From IMG/VR virus record IMGVR_UViG_3300026167_000080: a DNA stretch of 64,000 nucleotides; one strand, 5' to 3'. Both the position numbers and the translations under genes were made by a program. The stretch is from an uncultured virus (IMG/VR IMGVR_UViG_3300026167_000080). Taxonomy: Duplodnaviria > Heunggongvirae > Uroviricota > Caudoviricetes. Positions 12,001 to 21,302 of this stretch are shown piece after piece; within the stretch, counting starts at the first letter, position 1; each line of letters opens with the position of its first letter. The notes beneath the pieces were generated by a model, which saw nothing but the letters and a program-made list of their open reading frames with translations, was not told the origin of the DNA and did no database searches.

Positions 12001-12583
12001 AATTTGAATTACTATAAGTTGAATTTACTTCAAAGGACGGACTTAACTTCCCAATATTTACTATATCGACTTTGGCAAAGTCTGAACTGATAGGATTTCT
12101 ACTGACTATAAAGTTGTTAAGTTCATCCTCATTATATTTATAAGGTGGCTCCCAATACTGTCCATTTATACTATGACTCGCTTTTCTATATGAATTAGTC
12201 TCGTTTAATTCTATAGACCCTTTTGCTCCTGCCTCTGCCTCATTTCTTTTATCTTTATTATTTCTATGATTTTTAACTAGACCTTTGACTATACTCTCCC
12301 TTCTTACTTTAGAGTCGGATCCTTTCTTATGTCTTTTGTTAAGACCATCTAATACTTTCTTAGATAATTTCCTTGATAATAGATTTATATGGCCTATTAA
12401 TGTCGAACTTTTTATATGAACTTCATCTAAAGAATATAGTTTATCTATTTTTCTATTGAAAATATTACTGTCTTTAATACTAGTTAATATATATATAATT
12501 GATTGAATTATTTCAATGCCTACATTGAAGTTGAAATTAGAGTTGAAATTCATGATAATAATAATGATGATAGTGACAAGCAA
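9050..12583 (-). CDS. EAL-domain c-di-GMP phosphodiesterase with degenerate GGDEF and PAS-like/REC-like N-terminal segments
   Basis: FQPIVD, EALMR, INVS, IEVTE, LDDFG, LKIDR, VAEGV, QGYIFSKP intact; GGDEF site reads ESNEF; true start may be the downstream ATG (MNFNS). Confidence 0.9.
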   Translation of the reverse strand: MLVTIIIIIIMNFNSNFNFNVGIEIIQSIIYILTSIKDSNIFNRKIDKLYSLDEVHIKSSTLIGHINLLSRKLSKKVLDGLNKRHKKGSDSKVRRESIVKGLVKNHRNNKDKRNEAEAGAKGSIELNETNSYRKASHSINGQYWEPPYKYNEDELNNFIVSRNPISSDFAKVDIVNIGKLSPSFEVNSTYSNSNYILNTKSSYIPTISSTFKATSNSKPRYEKGEFSEDIKDKVNISYKKSIVCLLIIRDIDTEREDKLKRDMLALGAKLIIVDDFEEALRIGRLEDIDLILCLLGLSSGQWQYFRTYKYINKDYVYINNNSSLIGNNVYKLLYRDIRDLELAVSILVSNVAVRYKSNYVDKHDKNDKHRGLDYRNLEEEKEKQEQEQEKVLNSSSISLLESHTYNPNEKAFSNNRESVNSDLYLFGLKSYIKHLKLLKETCTFNGVLPAYNIYPYINPLELQVNFAKHKVNNANPNSSNDIWFIGDICTNTYIYEESDNRIITKTIGKKYKYRNLSNIKDFSSSDVIDIRNGVYWPFISQHINNKASDERLDKSEKDISSIDELIYDNIKSLLRISDDALVVLNSDKEVILINAAGENYVYSRNNKYYFKKEYKCLFDFITESDNRESYCNQIEEGSTDKDEKDIKIVETPYDIPSKVNEEELSEDNLINIITLYTRRQENIDISNHIRCNDKEFKGYAVIFNSSSSFIERYRINSLTSLPNWTWLERDMCNLFGNKVSLLLLSIKRFKLYSDNYGRSIGDKLIKELAGRLKLICDFNKDRIKLLHIESNEFAFILLDHEDQEIQNIIDKILAITEVPFLIKVNDSRYQVYLECNIGTSHLDTQYCVKKDDNTKNGPEQCFKEYIKFSEKLLSEASLALNESKKENLQVVNYTQRISDKLNILLTEEARINNIVKSDDEQIEVLFQPIVDVSTRQMIYVEALMRYTILDEENNKSLRLSEEFIQVGEQTGMIIYLDLEVMKKAFKLIGNLNKKRMEKGYKPIGLNINVSGNHFLTNSNARQLTDNITRYWNKELIPNLGIEVTESIAIDNLSHCKLFLTALRDMGLKIYLDDFGMKYSSLCYVSQLPIDVLKIDRKFIKEFDLDKKSIRFIKAIIGLAHTLYLDVVAEGVDSTSQLDLLQELGCNDIQGYIFSKPIAIPKEWEDEDKIEFDIAKRS

Positions 12584-12860
12584 CTTTATCCTGTCTTTGG
12601 CTTAAACTTTTATTAAGTCTATTCCTTTATAATCTCATTCCTTTATTCTCTTACATCTATTCTCTTCATCTCTATACTCATTTTGTTTCTTATTATGTAC
12701 TACCTTTATTATTATCTGAGTTTGTAAGATATACTTTTTATTCTTTTTATTATATATTTACTGCTCACCTCTCCTCATCACAACATTAATCCTATACGTG
12801 TAATCCTAAGCTTCCCTATGAGTAACTAAAAGAAGTCATTCCATAGTAAATCCCAAATAT

Positions 12861-12915
12861 TAAATACTAAACATTAAATACTAAACATTAAATACTAAAC
12901 ATTAAATACTAAATA
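12861..12915. repeat. tandem repeat (TAAATACTAAACAT)x3 plus partial copies
   Basis: Directly visible 14-nt unit. Confidence 0.85.
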
Positions 12916-13899
12916 CTAGATACCAAATCCTAAATACTAAACACCAAATTCTTTAAGTATTCACAAAGTATTTTATAAGTTCTGCGCTACTAGTTACATC
13001 AGGCTAAAAAGTAGCTGGAAAATACATCTTAAAGTATGTGCGGCTATAGTAACTTTCAGCCATTCGTTTTATATAAAACTTTTCCTGTCTAAGTACTGTC
13101 TCAGGCTTTTCTATCTGGAAATGTATTGATAATTTATTCGTAAAACATTGCTATTTTTAGACCCCTGGACGGGCATTTAGCTGGGTATAAAGGTTTGACT
13201 ACTTTATAAACGAGTCTATAGTCGCTTTCTGATACGTTAATGAGTTTTACTATTTCAATATTTACTCTATAAATTGAGTCTATATATTAACTTATAAGTC
13301 TGTTGATATATATATATATCAATTTATATTAGTTGAGTATCAATTCATATAACCTAATGAATTTGGTGGTTGTTTCACTCGCTATAATTAGTAATTTGAA
13401 TTGAGCTGTCTCAGTTCGATCTCAGTTCGATTTTAATTAAACAATAATAAAAATGGGCCCCTCCATCCCTCTTCCTCTTCTTATGATTACAATCCTATGT
13501 TACTTTATTTATCCTATATTATATTCCAATTGGTGGGAATATCTTACTTAAATAATATAAGTTTATATCTTTCTATATGTATAAAATAATAACTTCTTGG
13601 AAGGTTGATTATTTGTTAATTTATTAACTTATTTATTACTTTTTATGCTTCTATACTATCTATAAATTTATAACACCTTATATCATACATTTTCTTTATA
13701 CAAGATTTTGATGATTATTGTGCCTCCTCCCTCTCTCTTCCTTTATTGAAAATGTAAACTTTGAACACTGAACTTGGTTTGTAAACATAAAGATTGAAGC
13801 TTTGAGATATGAAAATGAAAAATTAAAGATAAAGATATAAAACTTTGATATATAAGGAAAGGATAAGATAACAAGCAAGTAAGCAGGGTATAAATAAAG

Positions 13900-14180
13900 T
13901 CTTAAGATATGAAGCCTTAAGATATGAAGTATAGGATATAGCGGATAAGATATAGAGGGTAAAGATATAAGGGATAAGACATAGAAGATAAGGGTTAAGG
14001 GTTAAGAGTTAAGCTTTAAGATGTAGAAGATAAAAATATAAAGGGTAAGATATGGGGATAAAGATATAAAGGGTAAGATATGGGGGATAAGATATGGGGG
14101 ATAAGAATTGAGTTTTAAGATATAGGGGATAAAGATATAGAGGATAAGAATTGAGTTTTAAGATATAGGGGATAAAGGTT
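13900..14180. repeat. purine-rich imperfect repeat tract (GGGGATAA(A)GATAT-like units)
   Basis: Many copies of GGATAAGATAT/GGGTAAGATAT; GGATAAGAATTGAGTTTTAAGATATAGGGGATAAAG occurs twice. Confidence 0.8.
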
Positions 14181-14532
14181 TATTGTGGAGAGTAAAGTAA
14201 ACAAGGTTTATTTTAATATTTGATACTATAGACTGAAACTTAAGTACGTGACATTATACAAATCTACTTCCCTTCTAGAGATACGTAGAAGTGCATTATT
14301 AAATAAATACTTAATAATAGATTTATAAAGTAAAGATCTAATATTTCAGTAAGTCGTAAATAAATAATAAGCAAGAGTTTAGAAAGTATAAAGAGAAAGA
14401 GAAAGAAAAGGTAAGAAGTAACTCTTAAGAAAAAAGAAGCTTTAGGAATGGATTGAAGTAAATAGTATTTAATCAAATCAAATCCTAAAGCTTAAAATCT
14501 TAATTCAGATCAATTCAGATCCTTGACGTTAT

Positions 14533-15657
14533 CTAACGAGAGAAGAGTTCTTCCCCATCATCATCCTGAGTACTGAAAGCTGGGGCATTAGAAGGCGCAT
14601 CGGCTCCAGCACCGGGAAGACTATTGCTGCTGACAGGGACAGTCTCAATAGAAATCTTCGGACGAGCCGGAGAAGCATTACGCTCTATATCATTCTTAGA
14701 GGTGTTTTGATTACCACCTAAGACTAAAGCCGAAACGTCAATTTGACTAGGATCTACCCCTGAATCTAATTGATCGCTTAAAGTCTTCCGAATGACTCCG
14801 TTATCCCTTAATTCCCGACCTCGGGTAGCCATCTTACGAGCGGTATCTCGGTTAGGCACCTTGGCAGAGGTCTGAGGGACACAAATAGGTTGCTCATAAT
14901 TATTAGAGAGCCAATTCATGAACACGTTCTCAATATGAGAACTATCATAATCCTTTGTCAGCTTATTCTGTAATTCATGAATACTCTCATCCCAGCCCTT
15001 TGATAGTTTAAGAGCTAAGTTATAGATAGCAAGCAAACCTTTATTCCGATTGAAGTCTGGATGTAATCCGGTTAAGGCAGATACCCATTCTTCAACATTG
15101 TCAAGGTCCGGCAGAGAATCCGCTTTGAAGTCCTTATCAGTCAATTGTTGAATCTGGATTAAGAACTTAACGAAGTTCTGAAAGAACTTCAAGTTCTCAT
15201 CTTTAGCCACGCAATCGAGAGCGTAACTCAATGTAGTTTGCCACACTGAATTACGAGGCATTACGTTATAAAGACCTGCAATAGCCCGTTTTTGCAGAAA
15301 GACAAAGATATCTTTCGAAGCTAACCCTTGAGTATTAGGATCCGGCACATAAGCCGGGAGTCCCGAAGAAGTGGTGGGATCCAGGTAAAAGTACAAGTTC
15401 ATAGCTCCTAACCCTTTAGGGTCATCGACATTGGACTCTTTATAAAGACCAATAGAACCATCCTCCTGCCGCATTTGAGGACTTAAAGGATATGCCCGGA
15501 CGAACATAGTCCCTCCCAAATCTTTATCCATATTAGCCAATACCAAACGTGTGGCAACATACAAAGGCGAGCCTTTAGCAGTTGCTGCCATTTGACCCAT
15601 CAGCTCTTTATCGATAGAGCCAGCATTTTGAGTTTGTTGATTTTTAACTTCAACCAT
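14533..15657 (-). CDS. hypothetical protein with acidic C-terminal tail (SSB-like architecture)
   Basis: 374 aa; AGGAGG RBS; GC-richer codons; P/A/S-rich linker ending DDDGEELFSR. Confidence 0.7.
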   Translation of the reverse strand: MVEVKNQQTQNAGSIDKELMGQMAATAKGSPLYVATRLVLANMDKDLGGTMFVRAYPLSPQMRQEDGSIGLYKESNVDDPKGLGAMNLYFYLDPTTSSGLPAYVPDPNTQGLASKDIFVFLQKRAIAGLYNVMPRNSVWQTTLSYALDCVAKDENLKFFQNFVKFLIQIQQLTDKDFKADSLPDLDNVEEWVSALTGLHPDFNRNKGLLAIYNLALKLSKGWDESIHELQNKLTKDYDSSHIENVFMNWLSNNYEQPICVPQTSAKVPNRDTARKMATRGRELRDNGVIRKTLSDQLDSGVDPSQIDVSALVLGGNQNTSKNDIERNASPARPKISIETVPVSSNSLPGAGADAPSNAPAFSTQDDDGEELFSR

Positions 15658-17731
15658 TTTGTTAATTTCCTCCTTATTGGAAATTCAGTTTATTTAGGAT
15701 ATCTTCTTATTTATATACGTTTAATAACCTATATAAAGCTCTTTATTCATATCCTTTATCCTGCTGAGTCTCAGGATTCTTAGTCTATTTCAATTCAACT
15801 TCTTCTTCTTAGTCTATTTCAATTCAACTTATTCTTCTTATTCTTCTTACTCTTCTTCTTCTTCTTCTTCAAATTCTTCTATTTATTATTCTTGTGATTC
15901 AATTAGTTTACTCTATCTTTTACATATAATTCTAATACAAATGTATTAAGTTAATAGTAAAATCCTATAAGGGATTGATGAAGAAAATAGATAAAAAATG
16001 AATGAATTTATGTGCAAGAAAAGATGAATAGAATATATGAAATATATATCAATATTCAATAAGTGTTTTATAAGTATTATATAAATGCTATGCCTGTCTA
16101 TAAGCCTGTCTTACTAATTTAAAAGGGAATTTTAAAAACAATAAAAAATTAAATGGAAGGTTTAAATAATTAAATAGTCAAATAATTAAAAATTAAATAA
16201 GACCACATAGTTTAAATATATAAAGCCATCCCTGTGTTATTCCCGACTGTTTGAATATAAAAATATGCATCTCGCATCATTAAGATTTTTATATATCTGA
16301 CTCTTTGGTTTTGATCAGCTCGTTTATATTTGCAGTAAAGAATCTTTTTATTAATCTGTATGAATCTATATCAATCTGTATTAACCTGTATCAATCTTTA
16401 TTCCATTCATGTTCTTTTCAATCTTTATTAATATCTAATTATTATATTTCTATAACTCTCCTTTATTTGCTCATTAAGAACCCCTTATTTAACTCTTTAT
16501 ATAAAGACTTAAAAATAGAAGAATCATTCGTTGTAGGTACGTTACAAGTTAAGAGAAGAAAGAATATAAAAGACAAAGGTAATGATGAAATATAAGTTAA
16601 TAAAAAGTCTATAGATTGTACTGTTCTCTCTAATATCAGCTCATTCATTGCTTTATATTATCTATCCATTGATAAGTTAAGCTTATAACAAATAATAAAC
16701 TATTCGTTGTTTAATGTTAAATGCTAATTAGTTTCTCTATGCTACTTTAAGACTGTTTCTCTAATTGGTCGATACTCATTTCCTATATAGGAAGTAGCAC
16801 TTTATTTAATTAAAAAGTATATAAGAGAATCTTATATTTAAATAGTAAAAAGTAAAAAGAGAAGATAAAAGGAAAGTCATATAAAGAATGAAGAATTGAA
16901 AAGTATAGAGGGAAAGATAAAACTCTATTCTTCTTAATATAATTCTCATTCTCTATATGACATAAACTGACTCCTTTAAAGGTTTAGTGGCTGTAAGGAA
17001 TCCTCTTAATATTTAATCTTAATTGTCGTAACTAATGTCTTCTTATAAATGAAGATTAATGAAAGGAATATAAAGATGAAAGGGAGATAAAGATAAAAGA
17101 AAGATGAAAGGAATATAAAGATAAAAGGAAGATGAAAAGAAAAAAGAAAGAATGGAAGGAATAGAAAGTAAAAACATAATTAAGGTAAGGATATGAAGGA
17201 TTACTTTTATAAAATGAAAAGAATCTAAAGAACATTGAAAGATTGGATCGGAAGATAAATAGTATAAATGGACTTTACTTAACTTATATAGATCCTCTTA
17301 TTACTATCTACTTTCTCTATCCTGTTACTCTAAAGTATGTTAGGGGTTTCTCTAAAGTATTCTTAAAGATGTTCTAAGATCTATTTCCTATATCCTCTTC
17401 CTTTATATTCATTATATTGTTTACTTACTTATTCACTTCCATCTTTATCAATTAATAAGGAGGATGAAACTCAATTACTGATTCCACCCAAAACTTATAT
17501 AGGTGTTCTCTACCCGTGCTGTAAGGAATCTATAAAACTTTTCTAATAAAGCTTGTCCTGTCCTTTCCTCCTTATTTGATCGAATCTATTTGACTCAACT
17601 TAATCCAATATCTAAATTCTTTAGATGCTTATAAAGATATACCTTATTAATAATATTGCTGATTACTTGCCGATTATCAAAAGACAACAAATGAATTAGT
17701 ATACGCTGTAAGTAATCCGTATTCTTTCAAT

Positions 17732-18346
17732 CTATAAGCACCATCTATCTAAACACAATTCATTTACTCCTCTTAACAAACCTAGATGAAATAACTGACT
17801 ACTAAATATGGATCCATAAGGATTAGATAATCCATTCTCTAATTGTTTTATTAATCCTCTCTTCTTCTTATCGTCTATATCCATATCTTCTACTAAATGA
17901 AAAGGATCTATCTCTAAATGTCTTAATACATAATAGGCCCATCCTATTACCGCTAATGTATTTGAATATATTATTCTTTCATCTATCAATCTATTTCTAT
18001 TTGATCCATATACTATTCTCTCTATACTCTCCTCTACATTTCCACTTATTTCCCTTCTTATCTCTCTCGGTATAGTTGCTAAATTACCTGCCTTACGTAA
18101 TATAATACCTATCTTTGCTCCTTTACTAAATAAAACTCTTCCTCTCTCTATAACACATTTTGATGCACTCTCTCTATTCTTTATATTCTCTTTATTCTCT
18201 TTATTCTCTATTAACTCTGTCTCTATTCCAATACTTTCTATAAACTTTATTACTCTATTAAAATCCTCTTCTCCCAATCCCAATTCCAATCCTTCTCTTC
18301 CCAGCGTCTCTTTATTTGATTCTATCCTTTCCTCTTTAACTGCCAT
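17732..18346 (-). CDS. zincin-like (HEAGH-family) protein with lost metal ligands, inside the array
   Basis: RVIKFIESIGI...IERG...GIILRKAGNLATIP...LAVIGWAY...LEIDP resembles proteins carrying GDLLHEAGHLA. Confidence 0.55.
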   Translation of the reverse strand: MAVKEERIESNKETLGREGLELGLGEEDFNRVIKFIESIGIETELIENKENKENIKNRESASKCVIERGRVLFSKGAKIGIILRKAGNLATIPREIRREISGNVEESIERIVYGSNRNRLIDERIIYSNTLAVIGWAYYVLRHLEIDPFHLVEDMDIDDKKKRGLIKQLENGLSNPYGSIFSSQLFHLGLLRGVNELCLDRWCL

Positions 18347-18425
18347 TTCTCTTTATATATTTAATATCTATCTTAATGATCAATACTTATCTTAAGGATT
18401 TATATCTAATATATGTACTTGTTAC

Positions 18426-18462
18426 CCAAACGGCGCCTTACCCGTCACCGACTGTAAGGAGG
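18426..18462 (+). repeat. GC-rich element copy 1 (CCAAAYGGCGC-N-CCGACYGTARGGAGG)
   Basis: Second copy at 22551-22585; mini-hairpin with GTA triloop. Confidence 0.6.
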
Positions 18463-19541
18463 TGTCCGTTAATTCTAAGATTTATTAATCCCTAATATTT
18501 AATTGTTAATCTTCATTTATTAGATTCTTTAGGTTTTAAGTCTTTAAGTCTTCAAGTCTCTAAGTCTTTAAGTCTTATCCCTCAGTCTTAACACTCAGTC
18601 TTAGACTTTTAATCGCTTATTAAACTCTAAGGTATAGAGGAGGCTGCGCCGCTACCAGACACAATAAAATTAATATGTATAGAATAACTACTAAAGGTTT
18701 ACTTTAGATAATCCAATTTAAAGATGAAATGATATAGGGAAAGAAAAGGAAAGAAAAGAAAAGTCAGTGAGATACATCTTTCCCTTAATTAAAAGGAATG
18801 ATTAAGATATATCTCATCAGACTGATTAGTGTATTGCCAACCTAGCAAGTTCACACTGACTCCTTCCCATGACCGCTCGATAGGAATCACATTTTGGTGC
18901 TGTAAGGAATCCAATTAATTTTTATTGAAATAGTAAAGAATTGAAATAAAAGAATTGTTGAATAGAAGAGAAATAGTAAAGAATTGAAATAAAAGAGTAG
19001 GGTAAGTCTAAATAGATATACCCTACATATTCACATATTTACTTATTCAACAATTAACCACGGTCTACTAACTCCTTTTATTGGTATCAGAGGGCTTGCT
19101 GTAAGGAGTTTATATATTCAGCATTAATTGAAATAATTGTTATTGTATTGTAGTGTATTGACTTAATAAAGATCAACTTAAATCTTCTGATTCCATTTTA
19201 TTAGGAGGGAAAGTTAGAAAATAATCTATGCTGTAAGGAATCCATATAATTTTATATTTTTAATACACTCTCATATTGAATGGAAAGAAAAGCAATTTAT
19301 AACGGACCTGACTCCTAATATTATGACTAGGTTCATATAATGAAATGCTGCAAGGAATCTATTATTAATGCTGTAAGGAATCTATTATTAATATTGACCC
19401 ATAAATGGATATATAAAAGAAACAATATAAACTGAAAAATGATGTATCTGATTCCTATGACTGGTCTAGGAGAGAGAGAGGATTTACTCAAAGTGCTGTA
19501 AGGAATCTACAATTTATAAATTATTAAAAGTAAAAGGAATA

Positions 19542-19590
19542 AATTTGGTTATTAGTAATAGAAAGTCTATTATTAACTAATAACCAAATT
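19542..19590 (-). terminator. 15-bp perfect inverted repeat downstream of array unit 9
   Basis: AATTTGGTTATTAGT / ACTAATAACCAAATT. Confidence 0.5.
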
Positions 19591-19755
19591 GAGATGAGAA
19601 CTCTATTTGACAAGAACGAACAGACCTGATTCCATTTATTAACCCGGTACATAGAAAGTCCTGCTGTAAGGAATCTTTAATCAATGTTCAAATAGGCTTC
19701 TAATACTTTTCACTAACCTTCAATTAATCTTTAAACAATATTAAAGTAATTAGTT

Positions 19756-20589
19756 TTAAACAAATTGATAAGGCTGAATCGTAATAAAAGGATCTTGATC
19801 ATAATCAAGAAGAGGATTCACTTTTAATAATGGTTGAAAGCTACCGTCATTTATTCTAGTTATTTGTATTAAGTCTTGTAATGACTCATTATACAGCTTG
19901 TAATGACTCATTATACAGTAGGCAGTATTAAATATTAAATCTATTAATCCTATTTCAATAATTATTTTGTAAGGGTCAATATTAAATATCAATTTAAAGG
20001 AAGATATTTCTACTCTCTCATTATCAATTCCTAATATTAATCCGTTTAATGCCTCTTTTAATACTTCATGTTCCAATAAAGATTGGGCTTGATCATAATC
20101 ATCTCTTGATATCCAAATACTATTTTCTAAATATGTCTTCTTTATACAACTTCCTTTTAGATGTACTGGTGCCCTTGTATATATTTCTAAGGTCTTCTCT
20201 TTAAGAACATCGTATTTCTCTTCATATAACAATTCTTCTTCTATACTTATACCTTGTAATTCATATTCTTTATTTTGTAAAGCTCTCTCTATCAATATCT
20301 GTGTTAATTCTTGGTTATTAGTACTTAATAACAAATCTTCCTTCAATATATACCAATGAGTATTTTTACCTTGTACAGATAAAGAATATATCTCACCATT
20401 CTCTCTATTAACAACTCTTATCTCCTTACTATTTAGAGATAATGGTAAAACTATAGTTCCACCACTAAATATACATTCAATAGTTAATTCTAATTGCTCT
20501 AAGTCAATCTCTGCATACATATTGTTTCTTCTCTTTATATTTATCTTTATATTTATATTTATCTTTATATTTATCTTTAATATAATCAT
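19756..20589 (-). CDS. hypothetical protein
   Basis: 277 aa ORF; probable start at internal MYAEID because the N-terminus overlaps a simple repeat. Confidence 0.6.
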   Translation of the reverse strand: MIILKINIKININIKINIKRRNNMYAEIDLEQLELTIECIFSGGTIVLPLSLNSKEIRVVNRENGEIYSLSVQGKNTHWYILKEDLLLSTNNQELTQILIERALQNKEYELQGISIEEELLYEEKYDVLKEKTLEIYTRAPVHLKGSCIKKTYLENSIWISRDDYDQAQSLLEHEVLKEALNGLILGIDNERVEISSFKLIFNIDPYKIIIEIGLIDLIFNTAYCIMSHYKLYNESLQDLIQITRINDGSFQPLLKVNPLLDYDQDPFITIQPYQFV

Positions 20590-20722
20590 TCATTAGTCTA
20601 ATCTACCTATCCTAATCATTTATAATTAGAGTATGTCTTGACTTTAATGGCCAATTCTATAAGCTATTTATAAATATTTATTCAATCAAATTATAAATCT
20701 TTATTCAATCAAATAGAAAGAA

Positions 20723-21178
20723 ATGAAATATCAACATTCAGAAACACAAGCATTGAGAAAGAGTATTGATCAAGTAAAAGTAGTCCAACATTTATTGGCA
20801 TCATCTCAAATAGCTTTATTAAATAGACAACTAAATCATGACTCTACTAAATTAGAAAATCCTGAATGGCGTAGGGTTCTTTATAAATTTGATAAAGAAC
20901 AATTCCCTATGTCAGATAAGGATTTAGAACAAGCTCAACATCATCATTATGCTCATAATAGACATCACCCTCAGAGGTTTGAAAATGGTGTAGATGATAT
21001 GCATATTATAGATATAGTAGAGATGATTATCGATTGGATTGGTGATGCTTATTGTGATAAAGAAGATCCTATTGAAGCAGTTAAACGTAAATCAGAAAAG
21101 TATAATATTAATCCTCAATTGATGAATATCTTTCTTAATACTGTTGAATGGGCTCAGAATGAAGCCTATATGTTCTAA
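20723..21178 (+). CDS. DUF5662-like / HD-like metal-binding protein
   Basis: HDSTK, HHHYAHNRHHP, M..IDIVEMIIDW motifs. Confidence 0.7.
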   Translation: MKYQHSETQALRKSIDQVKVVQHLLASSQIALLNRQLNHDSTKLENPEWRRVLYKFDKEQFPMSDKDLEQAQHHHYAHNRHHPQRFENGVDDMHIIDIVEMIIDWIGDAYCDKEDPIEAVKRKSEKYNINPQLMNIFLNTVEWAQNEAYMF

Positions 21179-21302
21179 GTAAACCTTTGTTAATTAGTCT
21201 ATTGATTATTCAATTCAATTCAATTGAATTGGAACTGGTACTGGAACTGGAACTAGAATGGGATTGGGAATGGGAATGAGGTGGATTAAATTAGTTAATT
21301 AA

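Larger units (their letters stand above)
16967..19675 (-). ncRNA. array of nine stem-loop units with conserved handle and variable loop (candidate small/guide RNAs)
   Basis: + strand CTGAYTCC-N(15-39)-GCTGTAAGGAATC at 16967-17002, 17478-17530, 17659-17717, 18856-18911, 19068-19110, 19187-19242, 19308-19359, 19448-19507, 19626-19675; compensatory stem changes; G-U wobble only on minus strand. Confidence 0.7.

Noticed and set aside
13696..16648. Small ORFs at 13696, 14264, 15592, 16305 and 16463
   Set aside because: Mostly non-ATG starts, I/L/F-rich translations of AT-rich non-coding DNA, no convincing RBS.
17516..19669. Minigenes NTG-CTG-TAA formed by the handle on the + strand
   Set aside because: Start codon is not conserved (TGG, ACG, CTG in some units), SD spacing is inconsistent, and wobble and hairpin evidence favours the minus strand.
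16967..19675. Canonical CRISPR array
   Set aside because: Conserved parts are only 8 and 13 nt, inter-unit distances are irregular (tens of nt to over 1 kb), stems covary across the variable segment within a unit rather than within a repeat, and no cas genes are visible.
16967..19675. TIGR-Tas array or CsrA-sequestering RNA
   Set aside because: No fixed ~36-nt periodicity or paired short spacers, and no Nop-domain protein recognised. The AAGGA motif is base-paired and on the strand disfavoured by the wobble pattern.
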